The notes under the pieces are model-generated. The model searched no databases. It was not told the DNA's origin and worked only from the letters and a program-made list of their open reading frames with translations. Position numbers and translations under genes: made by a program. From Gammaproteobacteria bacterium (GTDB taxonomy: Bacteria > Pseudomonadota > Gammaproteobacteria > JAJPIJ01), in assembly GCA_046347035.1 (NCBI GenBank), contig JAXMGY010000002.1, positions 24,552-88,551 on the forward strand: 64,000 bases of DNA. The letters run 5' to 3'. Below are positions 1 through 10,757 of the stretch, piece after piece. The first letter of the stretch is position 1. Each line of letters opens with the position of its first letter.

Positions 1-1533
1 GGTCAATGCGGCGCGTACGTTGCGCCGCCCTGAGCGCCGTATTTCTTCGCGCAGCTGTTCAATGCTTTCGCCCTGCGCCACCAGCTTGAGGTGACCAGTC
101 TTGGCTTGTTCCAACACGTCGAAGGCCATCTTCGGCAATTCCGGCAGTCGTTCGGCAATCGCAGGCAAACGTTCGCGCGTTAATTTGAACAAGGTGCGCA
201 CGCTCACGCGCCGGCTCATCCACGATTCAAGTGGCGGCCTCGCCGCCGCCCACAGATCCAGATCCGGATAGAGTTGTCGGCCCACGCCTTCGACATTCAC
301 CAGTGTCTTCTGCAGCAACAGCAACTGCGGCAGGATCTTCATGTGAAATCGCTGCGCAGTCTGGAACAGACGCAGCAACAACTGACCGACGGACACATCC
401 TTCACCGGACGATCGAATATCGGCTCACACACCGAACGGATGGCAAATTCAAATTCATCGACGCGCGTGTCAGCCGGCACCCAACCCGATTCGACATGCA
501 GATCAGCCACGCGCCGATAATCGCGATTCATGAAAGCGAGGAAATTCTCCGCCAGATAGCGCTGATCGAAATCACTGAGCGAACCCATGATGCCAAAGTC
601 AACCGGAATGAATCGCGCACGGTCGGTGTTCGCCAGCGGCTCGATGAACAAATTCCCCGGATGCATGTCAGCGTGAAAGAAATGATCGCGGAATACCTGC
701 GTGAAAAACAATTCCACGCCTTTCTCGGCAAGGTGCTTGAGATCGACGCCGGCGCGGCGCAATGCCGCCACATCGTCAGCGCGAATGCCGGACACGCGCT
801 CCATCACCATGACACGCCGATGGCACAGCTCCCACATCACCTCCGGCACGTAAATGTCTTCACAGCCTTTGAAGTTGCGGCGAAGCTGAGAAGCGTTAGC
901 CGCCTCGCGCATCAGGTCGAGCTCGTCCAGCAAGGTCTTTTCGAACTCCGCAACCACACCGGTAGGTTTCAGTCGTTTGCCTTCCGACCAGTAACGCTCA
1001 AGACCTTCAGCGACAATGTACATCAGGCCGATGTCGCGCTTGATGGTCTTGCGAATCCCAGGCCGCACCACCTTCACAATAACTTTGCGTCCGTCTTTCA
1101 GGCGTGCGGCATGTACTTGCGCAATCGATGCCGAAGCCAGCGGCTGCTCATCGAACTCGCTGAAGACTTCCTGCACCGATTTGCCGTAGGTGCGCTCGAC
1201 AATGTCACGTGCCTCACGGCCAGGAAACGGCGGCACGCGATCCTGCAACAATGCCAGTTCATCAGCGAATTCATCGGGCAACAGATCACGGCGAGTGGAG
1301 AGAATTTGCCCGAACTTGACGTAGATGGGTCCAAGGTCCTCGAGTACGTGGCGAATCCGCGTCGCCGTCGGTGCATAATCACGCGTGCGCCAATTCCACG
1401 GCAGCAGATAAAGCAGAAAGCGAAACGATCTCAGCAAGGGCGTGCCAAAAACAATTTCATCGACGCCATGCCGAATGAATGTGCGCTGTATGGTAAACAG
1501 GCGCAGCATCTGCGTGGGCGTGAGCATGCGCAT
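1..1533 (-). CDS. ubiB: ubiquinone biosynthesis protein kinase UbiB (ABC1 family); 3' end cut by the window edge
   Basis: Absent from the ORF track because its stop lies left of position 1. My minus-strand translation from ATG 1533..1531 reads MRMLTPTQMLRLFTIQRTFIRHGVDEIVF...LEDLGPIYVKFGQILSTRRDLLPDEFADELALLQDRVPPF...ASIAQVHAARLKDGRKV, with 511 in-frame codons to the edge. The start overlaps the ubiJ stop (TGATG). The order ubiE-ubiJ-ubiB is canonical. The 470-aa plus-strand ORF 274..1686 is its antisense shadow. Confidence 0.9.
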   Translation of the reverse strand, partial: MRMLTPTQMLRLFTIQRTFIRHGVDEIVFGTPLLRSFRFLLYLLPWNWRTRDYAPTATRIRHVLEDLGPIYVKFGQILSTRRDLLPDEFADELALLQDRVPPFPGREARDIVERTYGKSVQEVFSEFDEQPLASASIAQVHAARLKDGRKVIVKVVRPGIRKTIKRDIGLMYIVAEGLERYWSEGKRLKPTGVVAEFEKTLLDELDLMREAANASQLRRNFKGCEDIYVPEVMWELCHRRVMVMERVSGIRADDVAALRRAGVDLKHLAEKGVELFFTQVFRDHFFHADMHPGNLFIEPLANTDRARFIPVDFGIMGSLSDFDQRYLAENFLAFMNRDYRRVADLHVESGWVPADTRVDEFEFAIRSVCEPIFDRPVKDVSVGQLLLRLFQTAQRFHMKILPQLLLLQKTLVNVEGVGRQLYPDLDLWAAARPPLESWMSRRVSVRTLFKLTRERLPAIAERLPELPKMAFDVLEQAKTGHLKLVAQGESIEQLREEIRRSGRRNVRAALT

Positions 1534-2189
1534 CAGCGTTCGCGCGCCGGATTAGCCACGCCAGACTGTGTATGCATTAACCGCCGCACCCGCTCGGCAA
1601 GCCGGTCAGCATCGCCACGCAGAACATCTACATCGCGCATAAAGCGCTCGACGCTGTCGCGCTCAGGTACGGTTTCAACTTCGTAGCGCACATACTCGGA
1701 GAAATTCATCGCCATCGACTGGCCGGTGCGGCGCAGCCAACCGCTGAAGTCGCGCGCGAACAATCCCAACTTGCGAGCCGCGGTGTCGCCCACCACGCGT
1801 GAAACCATTTCTTCCCAGTCGATATCGATTCGACTTAAAATATTCTGGACATCCTGCGCCGTTCCGAGATCGCCGCTGATGTCGACTGCACCCGCCGGCA
1901 CTGATTCGCCGCGCATTCGAGCACGAGCGAGCTTCACCAAGCCACCAGTGCTACAGCGAATGCGAACATGCGAATCGCCCTCATGATCCAGTTGGATCGT
2001 CATGCCTTTGGTGTTTGGCAGAAGATACAATGCGCGATCGAGACCCGCAATCTCCAGCAGAACTGTTCTTCCTTCGAGACCTGCAAGCGTGGCGCGCGTC
2101 TCCGGATCGAACTCGAGTAAGTGCGCTATCGCACGTTCGAGGTGCGGAAGCAACCGCGCTGCCAAAGGTTGTTGCGTGTATGCCCTCAC
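1533..2189 (-). CDS. ubiJ: SCP2-domain ubiquinone biosynthesis accessory factor UbiJ
   Basis: ORF 1533..2240 lies between ubiE and ubiB. I trim the start to the GTG at 2189 that overlaps the ubiE stop (GTGA). The protein has an SCP2-like core (LEGRTVLLEIAGLDRALYLLPN) and a charged C-terminal tail. Confidence 0.7.
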   Translation of the reverse strand: MRAYTQQPLAARLLPHLERAIAHLLEFDPETRATLAGLEGRTVLLEIAGLDRALYLLPNTKGMTIQLDHEGDSHVRIRCSTGGLVKLARARMRGESVPAGAVDISGDLGTAQDVQNILSRIDIDWEEMVSRVVGDTAARKLGLFARDFSGWLRRTGQSMAMNFSEYVRYEVETVPERDSVERFMRDVDVLRGDADRLAERVRRLMHTQSGVANPARER

Positions 2190-2932
2190 ATTCGATACCC
2201 GCGATGCACGGCGACGATACCGCCGGACAAATTGCACCAATCCACGCGCTCCAATCCGGCCTGTGTCATCATATTTGCCAATTCATGCTGTGGCGGGTGT
2301 TTGCGAATGGATTCGACCAAGTATTGGTAGCTGTCACGATCGCCCGCAACAATCTGCCCGAGGCGCGGCAGCACGTTGAAGGAGTAACGATCATAGACCT
2401 GCTTCAACCATGGCAACACGACCTGGGAGAATTCCAGCACCACGAGTCTGCCGCCCGGCTTTAAAACGCTGCGCATCGACTCCAATGCCCGTTGCTTGTC
2501 CGTGACATTGCGCAATCCAAAGGCAATGGTGACAGCATCAAATCGATTTGACGCGAAGGGCAGACTCTCGGCATTGGCCTGCACGAACTCAACATTGCTT
2601 CCTATCCCGCGGTCCAAGAGCTGATCGCGACCAACGCGCAACATGGAACCGTTGATGTCGGCGCAAATGACATGGCCTGCGCTTCCCACAGCGGACGCGA
2701 GGCGCGCGCTCAGATCGCCGGTGCCGCCAGCCACATCAAGCACATGGTCGCCAGGGCGCAACGCCGTGTGCGCCACCGCAAAGCGCTTCCACAGGCGATG
2801 CAGGCCCATGGACATGACATCGTTCATCAGGTCGTAGCGCGTGGCGACTGAAGAGAAAACTTCTCCCACCAACCGTTGCTTGTCGACAACCGGTACTTCG
2901 CGGAATCCAAAGTCGGTGGTGTGCTGGCTCAT
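2186..2932 (-). CDS. ubiE: ubiquinone/menaquinone C-methyltransferase UbiE
   Basis: The 248-aa ORF contains FGFREVPVVDKQRLVGEVFSSVATRYDLMNDVMS and the SAM motif VLDVAGGTGD. The start overlaps the upstream stop (ATGA). Confidence 0.95.
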   Translation of the reverse strand: MSQHTTDFGFREVPVVDKQRLVGEVFSSVATRYDLMNDVMSMGLHRLWKRFAVAHTALRPGDHVLDVAGGTGDLSARLASAVGSAGHVICADINGSMLRVGRDQLLDRGIGSNVEFVQANAESLPFASNRFDAVTIAFGLRNVTDKQRALESMRSVLKPGGRLVVLEFSQVVLPWLKQVYDRYSFNVLPRLGQIVAGDRDSYQYLVESIRKHPPQHELANMMTQAGLERVDWCNLSGGIVAVHRGYRM

Positions 2933-3300
2933 GCTGGTTTGCTTCGCGTGTGCCCTGATCGCGCTAACGCTTGCAGGTATTCATTCCATACTGCTTCCTG
3001 ATGCAATCCCAAATCATGCAGATAATCCCAGGAGTAGATTCCAGTGTCATGACCATCGTCAAACACCAGCTTGAGTGCATAGTGTCCCACCGGTTCGATG
3101 GCCGTGATGTTCACATTCTCCTTACCCACTTGCAGCACCGCCTGCCCAGGTCCGTGGCCGCGTACTTCGGCCGAAGGCGAATACACGCGCAGCAACTCGC
3201 AGGGAATACGAAAATGACTGCCGTCATCGAAGCTCAACTCCAGCAACTTCGAGTTCTGATGCAAAACTATGTCAGTGGGCGAAGGCACGATTTGTTGCAT
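2929..3300 (-). CDS. DUF971 (gamma-butyrobetaine hydroxylase-like N-terminal) domain protein
   Basis: ORF 2929..3303. The ATG at 3300 overlaps the hslU stop (TGATG). The small protein LELSFDDGSHFRIPCELLRVYSPSAEV...YALKLVFDDGHDTGIYSWDYL is typical of DUF971 and is commonly found between hslU and ubiE. Confidence 0.7.
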   Translation of the reverse strand: MQQIVPSPTDIVLHQNSKLLELSFDDGSHFRIPCELLRVYSPSAEVRGHGPGQAVLQVGKENVNITAIEPVGHYALKLVFDDGHDTGIYSWDYLHDLGLHQEAVWNEYLQALARSGHTRSKPA

Positions 3301-4631
3301 CAAAGAATGTACTTGGCCAGATCTTCATCCTGCGCCAATTCGCCGAGCTGCTGATCGACATAGGCACGATCAATCGTCACGGTCAAACCCAGCTCATCAC
3401 CAGCACGGAACGACAGTGTTTCCAACAATCGTTCCATGACCGTATGCAGGCGGCGTGCACCAATATTTTCGCTGCGCTCATTGACCTGATGTGCGACCTC
3501 GGCAATACGAGTCACGCCATCTTCTGAGAAGCTGACCGTTACACCTTCCGTCGACAGCAATGCCGCATACTGTTTGGTGAGTGATGCATCAGGCTCTGTG
3601 AGTATGCGCACGAAGTCATGCGTTGACAACGCATTCAGTTCCACGCGATTCGGCAGCCGGCCTTGCAGCTCGGGAATCAAATCCGACGGTTTGGCTAAGT
3701 GAAACGCACCGGATGCTATAAATAAAATATGATCGGTTTTTACTACACCATGTTTTGTCGACACCGTGCAACCTTCCACCAGCGGCAGCAGGTCACGCTG
3801 AACGCCTTCGCGAGAGACATCAACACCACTGGTCTCGCCACGGCGGGTAATTTTGTCTATTTCATCCAAGAAGACGATGCCATTCTGTTCAGCCGCTGCC
3901 ACTGCGCGCAGTTTGATTTCCTCCTCGTTGACCAGCTTTGCCGCTTCTTCTTCGACCAAAAGCTTGCGTGCCTCGCTCACTTTCAGCTTGCGGCTGCGCG
4001 TACGCCCACCGCCGAGATTCTGAAACATGCTCTGCAACTGGCCGGACAACTCCTCCATGCCCGGCGGCGCCATGATCTCCACGCCCACCGACGGCCCGCT
4101 TAACTCTACGGTGATCTCCTTGTCATCGAGTGAGCCCTCGCGCAACATCTTGCGAAAGCGCTGGCGAGTGACGCTCTCCTCCTCGGTCATCAACTCGTTG
4201 CCAAAACCCGTGCGCGGGCGCGGTAGCAGAATATCGAGAATGCGGTCCTCGGCACTGTCCTCGGCTTGCGATCGAACCTTGTTCATCGCCGCCTCGCGCG
4301 TCATTTTGATCGACATATCGATCAAATCGCGAATGATGGACTCCACGTCGCGGCCCACATAACCCACTTCGGTAAACTTGGTCGCTTCGACCTTGATGAA
4401 AGGCGCGTTGGCAAGCTTTGCCAGTCGCCGCGCAATTTCAGTCTTGCCCACGCCAGTGGGACCGATCATTAAAATATTCTTTGGCGTGATTTCATTGCGC
4501 AGCGTCGGGTCGAGCTGCGCGCGGCGCCAGCGATTGCGCAAGGCGATCGCAACCGCGCGTTTGGCGGCGTCCTGGCCGACGATGTGCTTGTCCAGTTCGG
4601 CGACGATCTGTCGAGGTGTGAGTTCCTGCAT
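3300..4631 (-). CDS. hslU: ATP-dependent protease ATPase subunit HslU
   Basis: ORF 3300..4676. The conserved N-terminus [37 protein letters not shown] begins at the internal ATG at 4631. Walker A motif is [15 protein letters not shown]. The start could also be 4676. Confidence 0.95.
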   Translation of the reverse strand: MQELTPRQIVAELDKHIVGQDAAKRAVAIALRNRWRRAQLDPTLRNEITPKNILMIGPTGVGKTEIARRLAKLANAPFIKVEATKFTEVGYVGRDVESIIRDLIDMSIKMTREAAMNKVRSQAEDSAEDRILDILLPRPRTGFGNELMTEEESVTRQRFRKMLREGSLDDKEITVELSGPSVGVEIMAPPGMEELSGQLQSMFQNLGGGRTRSRKLKVSEARKLLVEEEAAKLVNEEEIKLRAVAAAEQNGIVFLDEIDKITRRGETSGVDVSREGVQRDLLPLVEGCTVSTKHGVVKTDHILFIASGAFHLAKPSDLIPELQGRLPNRVELNALSTHDFVRILTEPDASLTKQYAALLSTEGVTVSFSEDGVTRIAEVAHQVNERSENIGARRLHTVMERLLETLSFRAGDELGLTVTIDRAYVDQQLGELAQDEDLAKYIL

Positions 4632-4688
4632 GATTGTCTTCGTGCGTTGGCGATTGGCCTGAGGAATTCTTGCCAATGGCGAGTGTCA

Positions 4689-5225
4689 TTAACTAAGTTC
4701 TTCGATGGTCAAATTTGAATTGGTGTAGACGCAAATTTCCGAGGCGATGCCCAAACTCGCCTCAACAATAGCGCGCGCGCCTAGATCCGTATGCCGCAAC
4801 AGCGCGCGCGCCGCCGACAACGCAAACGATCCGCCCGAGCCGATGGCCATCACTTCATCTTCGGGTTCTACGACATCGCCATTGCCGGATATGATCAGCG
4901 AGGACACGGTATCGGCAACCGTCAGCATGGCTTCAAGCCGGCGCAGAATGCGATCGGTGCGCCAATCCTTCGCCAGTTCGACGGCTGAGCGCATCAGATT
5001 GCCCTGATGCTTTTGCAGCTTGGCCTCAAAGCGCTCGAACAGGGTAAAAGCATCGGCGGTACCGCCGGCAAATCCAGCCAGCACGCGTTGATCGTGCAGC
5101 CGGCGTACCTTGCGCGCGTTGCCCTTGAGCACGGTCTGCCCCAGCGATACCTGGCCATCGCCACCCATGACGACCACGCCGGCGCGCCGCACACAAAGGA
5201 TGGTTGTGCCGTGAAATTGCTCCAA
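4689..5225 (-). CDS. hslV: ATP-dependent protease peptidase subunit HslV
   Basis: The 178-aa ORF begins [14 protein letters not shown]...GGDGQVSLG, an N-terminal Thr protease of the HslV type, directly upstream of hslU. Confidence 0.95.
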   Translation of the reverse strand: MEQFHGTTILCVRRAGVVVMGGDGQVSLGQTVLKGNARKVRRLHDQRVLAGFAGGTADAFTLFERFEAKLQKHQGNLMRSAVELAKDWRTDRILRRLEAMLTVADTVSSLIISGNGDVVEPEDEVMAIGSGGSFALSAARALLRHTDLGARAIVEASLGIASEICVYTNSNLTIEELS

Positions 5226-5330
5226 GATGACTCCTGTTTCGAAAAACCCGGGACTGCAAATTCTACACGACCCGCCACGGCTGCGGTTGCCGGCAAGGGG
5301 TTGAAATGGCAGCGAATCCCTGCCTACTGG

Positions 5331-6263
5331 TCAGGATTTGCGGCGGGCCCGCGGATGCGCGGTGTCGTAAACGGCGGCGAGGTGCTGAAAATCCAGATGG
5401 GTGTACACCTGCGTGGTGCTGATGTCGGCGTGGCCGAGCAATTCCTGGACGGCGCGCAGGTCCCCCGAGGATTCCAGCAGGTGGCTGGCAAAGGAGTGCC
5501 GAAGCATATGCGGATGTACATGCGTGGCGAGTCCCTGCCGCAGTGCCAGTTGCCGCACGCGTTGCTGTACCGCGCGGGTGCTCAGCCGGTTCCCTCGTTG
5601 GCTAATGAACAGCGCGTCCTTTTCATCGCGCAGCCACTCGGTACGCTGTTGTAGCCAACGGGTCAACGCCGCGCGCGCCTGACGACCAATGGGCACGATG
5701 CGTTGCTTACGACCCTTGCCAAGCACTTGCAACTGCGCCGCCGCCAGATCGATGTCAGCCACATTCAAACCGACCAGTTCTGACACGCGCAGACCACAGG
5801 AATATAAGACTTCAAGTATGGCACGGTCGCGCAGCGCCGAGGTGTCTTCGCCTTGGATCTCAACCAGACGCGTGGTTTCATCGGCATCGAGCACTTTGGG
5901 TAAACGTCGTGCAGTTTTCGGCGCCTGCACCAGATCAGCGACATTGTGTTTAAGCTGACCTTCGCGCACCAAAAAGCCAAGAAACCCCCGGATGCTCGAT
6001 AGCAAACGCTGCAGGCTGCGGCCATGCAGGCCACGGCGATGTTCCGCAGCAATAAACATGCGCAGGGACTGTGCATTGAGATCGCGCCAGTCGGCCATGC
6101 CGAGGTCGATGCGAAAGTTGACTAGCTGCTGCAGATCACGCCGATACGCAGCGCGAGTGTGGGCGGAGTGCGCGCTTAAAGTGGCGAGATAGGATTCAAC
6201 AATTGGATCGCATGGCAATGGCGAGTCGGTGACAGCGGTTTCAATCGCTTTGCTCATGCGCAA
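5331..6263 (-). CDS. xerC: tyrosine recombinase XerC
   Basis: The 310-aa ORF has the C-terminal catalytic region HPHMLRHSFASHLLESSGDLRAVQELLGHADISTTQVYTH. It sits in the housekeeping dapF-DUF484-xerC context. Confidence 0.9.
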   Translation of the reverse strand: MRMSKAIETAVTDSPLPCDPIVESYLATLSAHSAHTRAAYRRDLQQLVNFRIDLGMADWRDLNAQSLRMFIAAEHRRGLHGRSLQRLLSSIRGFLGFLVREGQLKHNVADLVQAPKTARRLPKVLDADETTRLVEIQGEDTSALRDRAILEVLYSCGLRVSELVGLNVADIDLAAAQLQVLGKGRKQRIVPIGRQARAALTRWLQQRTEWLRDEKDALFISQRGNRLSTRAVQQRVRQLALRQGLATHVHPHMLRHSFASHLLESSGDLRAVQELLGHADISTTQVYTHLDFQHLAAVYDTAHPRARRKS

Positions 6264-6316
6264 TGAAAATAATCGCGCAGCCTAGCCATCGTTGCGGCGC
6301 ATTCGTATGTGTAAAT

Positions 6317-7042
6317 TCAATGCGGACTCACCCATGGATTGAGGATGAGGCTGACGATGTCGCCCAAATGCGCAAGCAAATCTATGCCCATCTCCGGATG
6401 GTAGCGGCGCGGATCGTTGCTGGCGATACCAAGCACACCTTCCCAAGTCTTGCCAAACAGCGGCAACACCGCCGCTGAACCGTAGTCATCGCTGCTCATG
6501 CCGGCACTGGTGCCGAAAAGTGCCGCGTGTTGATTATGCTTGAGGCGGCCGCAGAATGGTTTGCGCTGCTTGATCACGTCGGCAATCATGCCGGCCAGCG
6601 GCGAGTCGCGACCAACAAATTCAGCGCGGTTGGCGTCGGCAGCCGTTGCCGGTGTCGCGAAAATGCGTACTGTCAGCGCGTCGGCGGAAAAATCGTCGCG
6701 CACGCTTTGCTCAAGATTGCTCAATACCTGCGCACAGTTTCCAGCCTCAACCAGGCGCAAAGTCAGCCGATGCATGCGCCGTGAAAGCTCTTCATTCTCG
6801 CGAGCAATGGTGACCAATTCTCGAAAGCGCGATTTCAATTGTCGATTCTCATCGCGCAGAAGCAAGACTTGGCGTTCAACCAGCGACACCGCCTTTCCAC
6901 TCTCGTGCGGAATAACCAGATCTGTGAGCAACTCCGGGTGCAGTACAAAGAAGTCGCGATGCTTGCGCAGATACTCGGCTATCGAACTGGTGACATCGCC
7001 GGTCGCCGGTTGATCAGCTTCATCAGGTGTTGTTGAGCTCAT
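6317..7042 (-). CDS. DUF484 family protein (YigA-like)
   Basis: ORF 6317..7090. The ATG at 7042 overlaps the dapF stop (ATGA). It occupies the conserved position between dapF and xerC and has a coiled-coil plus GAF-like layout. Confidence 0.7.
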   Translation of the reverse strand: MSSTTPDEADQPATGDVTSSIAEYLRKHRDFFVLHPELLTDLVIPHESGKAVSLVERQVLLLRDENRQLKSRFRELVTIARENEELSRRMHRLTLRLVEAGNCAQVLSNLEQSVRDDFSADALTVRIFATPATAADANRAEFVGRDSPLAGMIADVIKQRKPFCGRLKHNQHAALFGTSAGMSSDDYGSAAVLPLFGKTWEGVLGIASNDPRRYHPEMGIDLLAHLGDIVSLILNPWVSPH

Positions 7043-7869
7043 AGTTTGATTTGCCCTTCGAAAACTCGCGCCGCGGGTCCAGTCATCCACACTGGTTCGC
7101 CGGCCTGCTGCCAGCTAATCGACAAATGTCCTCCCGGCAATTCCACGTCCACGGCTTCTTTCAACAAACCATACACTCGCCCGATTACCACAGCGGCGCA
7201 AGCGCCTGTGCCGCAGGCCAGGGTTTCGCCTGTGCCACGCTCGAAAACGCGCAGGCGAATTTTTCCCGCGTTCACCACCTGCATAAAACCGACATTGACG
7301 CCTTCGGGAAACAGCGGATGCTTTTCAATCATCGGCCCCAGCGTGCTCACTGGCGCGGTATCGACATTGTCGACCCGCATCACTGCGTGCGGATTACCCA
7401 TCGACACCACGCCCACAGCGACATGACCGCCACCCACTTCGACTTGATAGTTGTTGGCGCGCTTATCAGCACGAATGGGAATTTCGTGCGGCTCGAACCG
7501 CGGCGCTCCCATGTTCACGCGAACCATGCCACCGTCTTCGATATAAACACGGGAAGTGCCGCCCTTCATCGTTTCGACGACTATTTCATTCTTGGCGACG
7601 ATGCCCTCATCGCGCAGATAACGCGCCACGCAGCGCACGCCGTTACCGCAATGCTCGACTTCGCCACCATCGGCATTATAGATACGGTAGTGCACGTCGG
7701 CACTGCCACGCGGCGGCTCGACCACCAGTACCTGATCGCAGCCGATACCGAAGTGCCGATCCGCAATTCGGCGCACGTTTTCGGCGCTGAGATTCAACGA
7801 CTGCCGAAACCCGTTGAGCAGCACGAAATCATTGCCCAGTCCGTGCATTTTTGTGAATGATAACTCCAT
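7039..7869 (-). CDS. dapF: diaminopimelate epimerase DapF
   Basis: ORF 7039..7956. The conserved N-terminus MELSFTKMHGLGNDFVLL starts at the internal ATG 7869. The catalytic Cys motifs EHCGNG and ACGTGA are present. Confidence 0.93.
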   Translation of the reverse strand: MELSFTKMHGLGNDFVLLNGFRQSLNLSAENVRRIADRHFGIGCDQVLVVEPPRGSADVHYRIYNADGGEVEHCGNGVRCVARYLRDEGIVAKNEIVVETMKGGTSRVYIEDGGMVRVNMGAPRFEPHEIPIRADKRANNYQVEVGGGHVAVGVVSMGNPHAVMRVDNVDTAPVSTLGPMIEKHPLFPEGVNVGFMQVVNAGKIRLRVFERGTGETLACGTGACAAVVIGRVYGLLKEAVDVELPGGHLSISWQQAGEPVWMTGPAARVFEGQIKL

Positions 7870-7952
7870 GCCGCTAGGGTACCCGAACTGCGGGTGATTT
7901 TGAACAAAACACCACGTTCGTATATGCAAACTTCGACCGAGCGCCAAGTAAT

Positions 7953-8915
7953 TCAATAAACACGCGTCACGCCAAATCCGCGCTGTTCCAGCAGATGCAA
8001 CAGCCCGTCGTCGCCGGGCAAATGCAGTGCGCCGACTGCGATGAATGCCCCACCGTGCTGCAAAAAAGGTTGCAGCCGCTTCGCCATACGCAGGTTGCGG
8101 TCGGTTATAAGGACCTTGAGCATACGTTCGGCCAATTCCTCGTCACTGCCCTCGTAGGTGTCGGCCAGGCGCACGATACCGGTCAGATCGCGCGCGACAT
8201 ACATTTCGAGCAACCGCTGCAGATCGGCCTGCACACGGTCGTAGTAACAGACGCTGTCGCGCAACATCTTGATTTGATCAGAATCGCTGAAACCGGCAAA
8301 CACGTCAGCCTGTTCGCGCAAGGTCTCAATGCCAGTGACCGACTTCCCGGCGTCGCTGGCCATTTGCATCAAAACCAAATCAAGCGGCAATCCGTGGTCG
8401 CTCTGTGGCTGATTTAACGTCATGAATACCGCCCAGGGCCGCAGGTGCTGCGCCGTCTCGGCCGGCACATTGAAGTGGCTTAACAATTGTTCGGCGCGCC
8501 GAAACAGCGCCGAGCCGACAATGGCTTCAAGTTTCTTGTCCGACGGCAGTGTCATTTGCTGGGCGAACTCCGACATCGAGGTCGGATCGAATTTCGCTTC
8601 CATGAAAAAAGACTGACTGGCGAGCAATGCCGACTTTACGTCCGGCGGCACCGCGGCGACGCGTGGATCACCCAGATGTATGGTGCCAAACACATAACTC
8701 GCGGCGTGATCGCGATGTTGCTGATCTTCGATGCGCCATAACAAACCCTGTCCATGAGTAATTTCGGCGTCCGTCACCAAACTATGTTCGATGAGTGGTG
8801 GACACGAAAGCTCGTCGGCGTATGCCGGCGCTTGTGCCGCAAGCAGAACAACCGCGGCGGCGAGTGTTGGCCAACGATAATTCCAGGTGCTTGTTTTACT
8901 CACCCGACATTCCAT
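7953..8915 (-). CDS. TraB/GumN family protein (secreted)
   Basis: The 320-aa ORF has a signal-peptide-like N-terminus plus GTIHLGD and [17 protein letters not shown], motifs typical of TraB/GumN. It overlaps the nagZ 3' end by 20 nt. The start is uncertain. Confidence 0.7.
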   Translation of the reverse strand: MECRVSKTSTWNYRWPTLAAAVVLLAAQAPAYADELSCPPLIEHSLVTDAEITHGQGLLWRIEDQQHRDHAASYVFGTIHLGDPRVAAVPPDVKSALLASQSFFMEAKFDPTSMSEFAQQMTLPSDKKLEAIVGSALFRRAEQLLSHFNVPAETAQHLRPWAVFMTLNQPQSDHGLPLDLVLMQMASDAGKSVTGIETLREQADVFAGFSDSDQIKMLRDSVCYYDRVQADLQRLLEMYVARDLTGIVRLADTYEGSDEELAERMLKVLITDRNLRMAKRLQPFLQHGGAFIAVGALHLPGDDGLLHLLEQRGFGVTRVY

Positions 8916-9933
8916 CCAGGCTCAGTTGCGGTTGTAGGTCGGCAAGCAGTCTGCATGCATGAGCCAGACGTTCAGCGCTGATGCTTTGGTGACGACCATG
9001 CATGCGCAACAGACGCGAGCGCGACACTGGATCATCTTCAACGTGCAATTCGGCAATCACCTTGGCCGCAGCTTCGGGATCATTGCAGATAAGCACCATG
9101 TCGCAACCCGCGCGCAGCGCCGCCTGCGCTCGTTGCGTGGCGTTGCCTGCAACGGCCGCGCCTGCCATGCTGATATCATCGCTGAAAATGACGCCATCAA
9201 AGCCGAGCTGGGCACGCAGCACCTGTTTCAACCAAAACGAGGAAAAACCAGCCGGTGCTGGATCAACTTTTGGATAGATCACATGCGCCGGCATGATGCC
9301 TTCCACACCATTGCGTACCAGATGCGCGAATGGCGGCAAGTCATGCGATTCGATCTCTGCCAGCGTGCGCTCATCGACGGGAACAGCGTGATGCGAATCC
9401 GCCGCCACCGAGCCGTGGCCAGGGAAATGTTTTCCCACTGCCGCCATCCCAGCTGCATGCATGCCACGCATATACGCACAGGCAAGCGCGGAAACAACCG
9501 CTGGCTGCCGATGAAAGGCGCGATCACCAATGACCGTGCTGATACCGCAGTCGACATCGATCACGGGTGCGAAGCTGAAATCCACTTCCAATTTCCGCAG
9601 CTCGCTTGCCATCACCAAACCGCCGGCCTCGGCGCAAACCAGTGCAGCTTTCGGATCGTCATGATAGCGCTCGCCAAAGCGCACACAGGCAGGCAGTGCG
9701 GTGAAACCTTGGCGAAAACGCTGCACCCGGCCGCCTTCATGATCCACTGCGATCAATAGGCGCGGCGAACGCAGCGCATGAATCTCCTTGGTCAGCGCTC
9801 GCAGCTGCTCCGTATCAGCGTAGTTGCGTGTGAACAGAATCACCCCGCCCACCCGCGGATGCCGCAGTCGATGGCGCTCCTCGGCGGTCAGCGCGGTTCC
9901 CTGCACATCGATCATCAATGGACCCAATGTCAT
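8896..9933 (-). CDS. nagZ: beta-N-acetylhexosaminidase NagZ (GH3)
   Basis: ORF 8896..9936 contains [24 protein letters not shown] and KHFPGHG. The ATG at 9933 overlaps the permease stop codon (GTGATG). Confidence 0.9.
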   Translation of the reverse strand: MTLGPLMIDVQGTALTAEERHRLRHPRVGGVILFTRNYADTEQLRALTKEIHALRSPRLLIAVDHEGGRVQRFRQGFTALPACVRFGERYHDDPKAALVCAEAGGLVMASELRKLEVDFSFAPVIDVDCGISTVIGDRAFHRQPAVVSALACAYMRGMHAAGMAAVGKHFPGHGSVAADSHHAVPVDERTLAEIESHDLPPFAHLVRNGVEGIMPAHVIYPKVDPAPAGFSSFWLKQVLRAQLGFDGVIFSDDISMAGAAVAGNATQRAQAALRAGCDMVLICNDPEAAAKVIAELHVEDDPVSRSRLLRMHGRHQSISAERLAHACRLLADLQPQLSLDGMSGE

Positions 9934-10757
9934 CACGTTGTCCTCGGAAGTCTGTCGGCGCGGGCTGCACGCGGATCGAGCCGCCGCTGCGATTCATCAC
10001 CCAGCACGTTACAGCTCAGCACCAACAGTAACAAAACCAGGCCCGGCGCCACCACCATGTGCGGCGCGACCAACATGTACGCCGTGCCGTCGCGCAGCAT
10101 CGCACCTAGCGATGCTGACGGTGGCTGCACACCCAAGCCCAGGAATGAAAGCCCCGATTCGGCCAGCATTACACCCGCCATGCCCAGGGTCGCTTCGGCC
10201 AGCAGCGGCGCTGCGATCAAGGGCAGAACGTGCTTGGCGAGAATCACTACCGTCGGTGTTCCCAGTGCGCGCGCCGCTTGTATGTGTTCGCGATTTTTCA
10301 CCGCATGCGTTTGCGCCCGCGCCAGACGCGCATAGGCAACCCAACCGGTTACCGTCAATGCAATTACCACATTGCCAACTCCAGGTCCCAGTAACCCAGC
10401 CAGCGCGATGGCGAGAAGCATGCCCGGAAACGCCAGGAGTACATCAATCATGCGCGCCACACACATATCGACCACACCACCGCGCCAACCGGCGATCGCT
10501 CCAATTGAGGTTCCAATCACCACCGACAACGGCACCACCACGGCGGCAACCAATAGGGAGGTACGCATACCGGACATCAATCGTGCACCAATGCTGCGCC
10601 CCAAATCGTCGCAACCAAACCACGCTCGCAACGATGGCGGTTCCATAATCTGCGGCAGTGAAATCGCGTCCGGTTGCAATGGCAACCAAGGCGCCACCAG
10701 CGCCAGCAGCGCAAAAACCATCAGTGTTGCCATCGCAAACTTCGCTAATAGACTCAT
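9933..10757 (-). CDS. ABC transporter permease, DppC/OppC-like
   Basis: The 274-aa multi-TM ORF has a binding-protein-dependent transport signature region ([19 protein letters not shown]). It overlaps the upstream permease gene by 4 nt. Confidence 0.85.
   Translation of the reverse strand: MSLLAKFAMATLMVFALLALVAPWLPLQPDAISLPQIMEPPSLRAWFGCDDLGRSIGARLMSGMRTSLLVAAVVVPLSVVIGTSIGAIAGWRGGVVDMCVARMIDVLLAFPGMLLAIALAGLLGPGVGNVVIALTVTGWVAYARLARAQTHAVKNREHIQAARALGTPTVVILAKHVLPLIAAPLLAEATLGMAGVMLAESGLSFLGLGVQPPSASLGAMLRDGTAYMLVAPHMVVAPGLVLLLLVLSCNVLGDESQRRLDPRAARADRLPRTT

Noticed and set aside
274-1686. 470-aa plus-strand ORF, the longest ORF at the left end of the track
   Set aside because: It is the antisense shadow of ubiB. 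The minus strand encodes a clearly recognisable ABC1/UbiB kinase, while the plus-strand product is low-complexity (His/Arg/Gln-rich) with no family resemblance.
5331-6263. Tyrosine recombinase as a marker of an integrated mobile element
   Set aside because: The dapF-DUF484-xerC context is the conserved housekeeping location of XerC. There is no flanking tRNA, direct repeat, phage gene or transposase gene.
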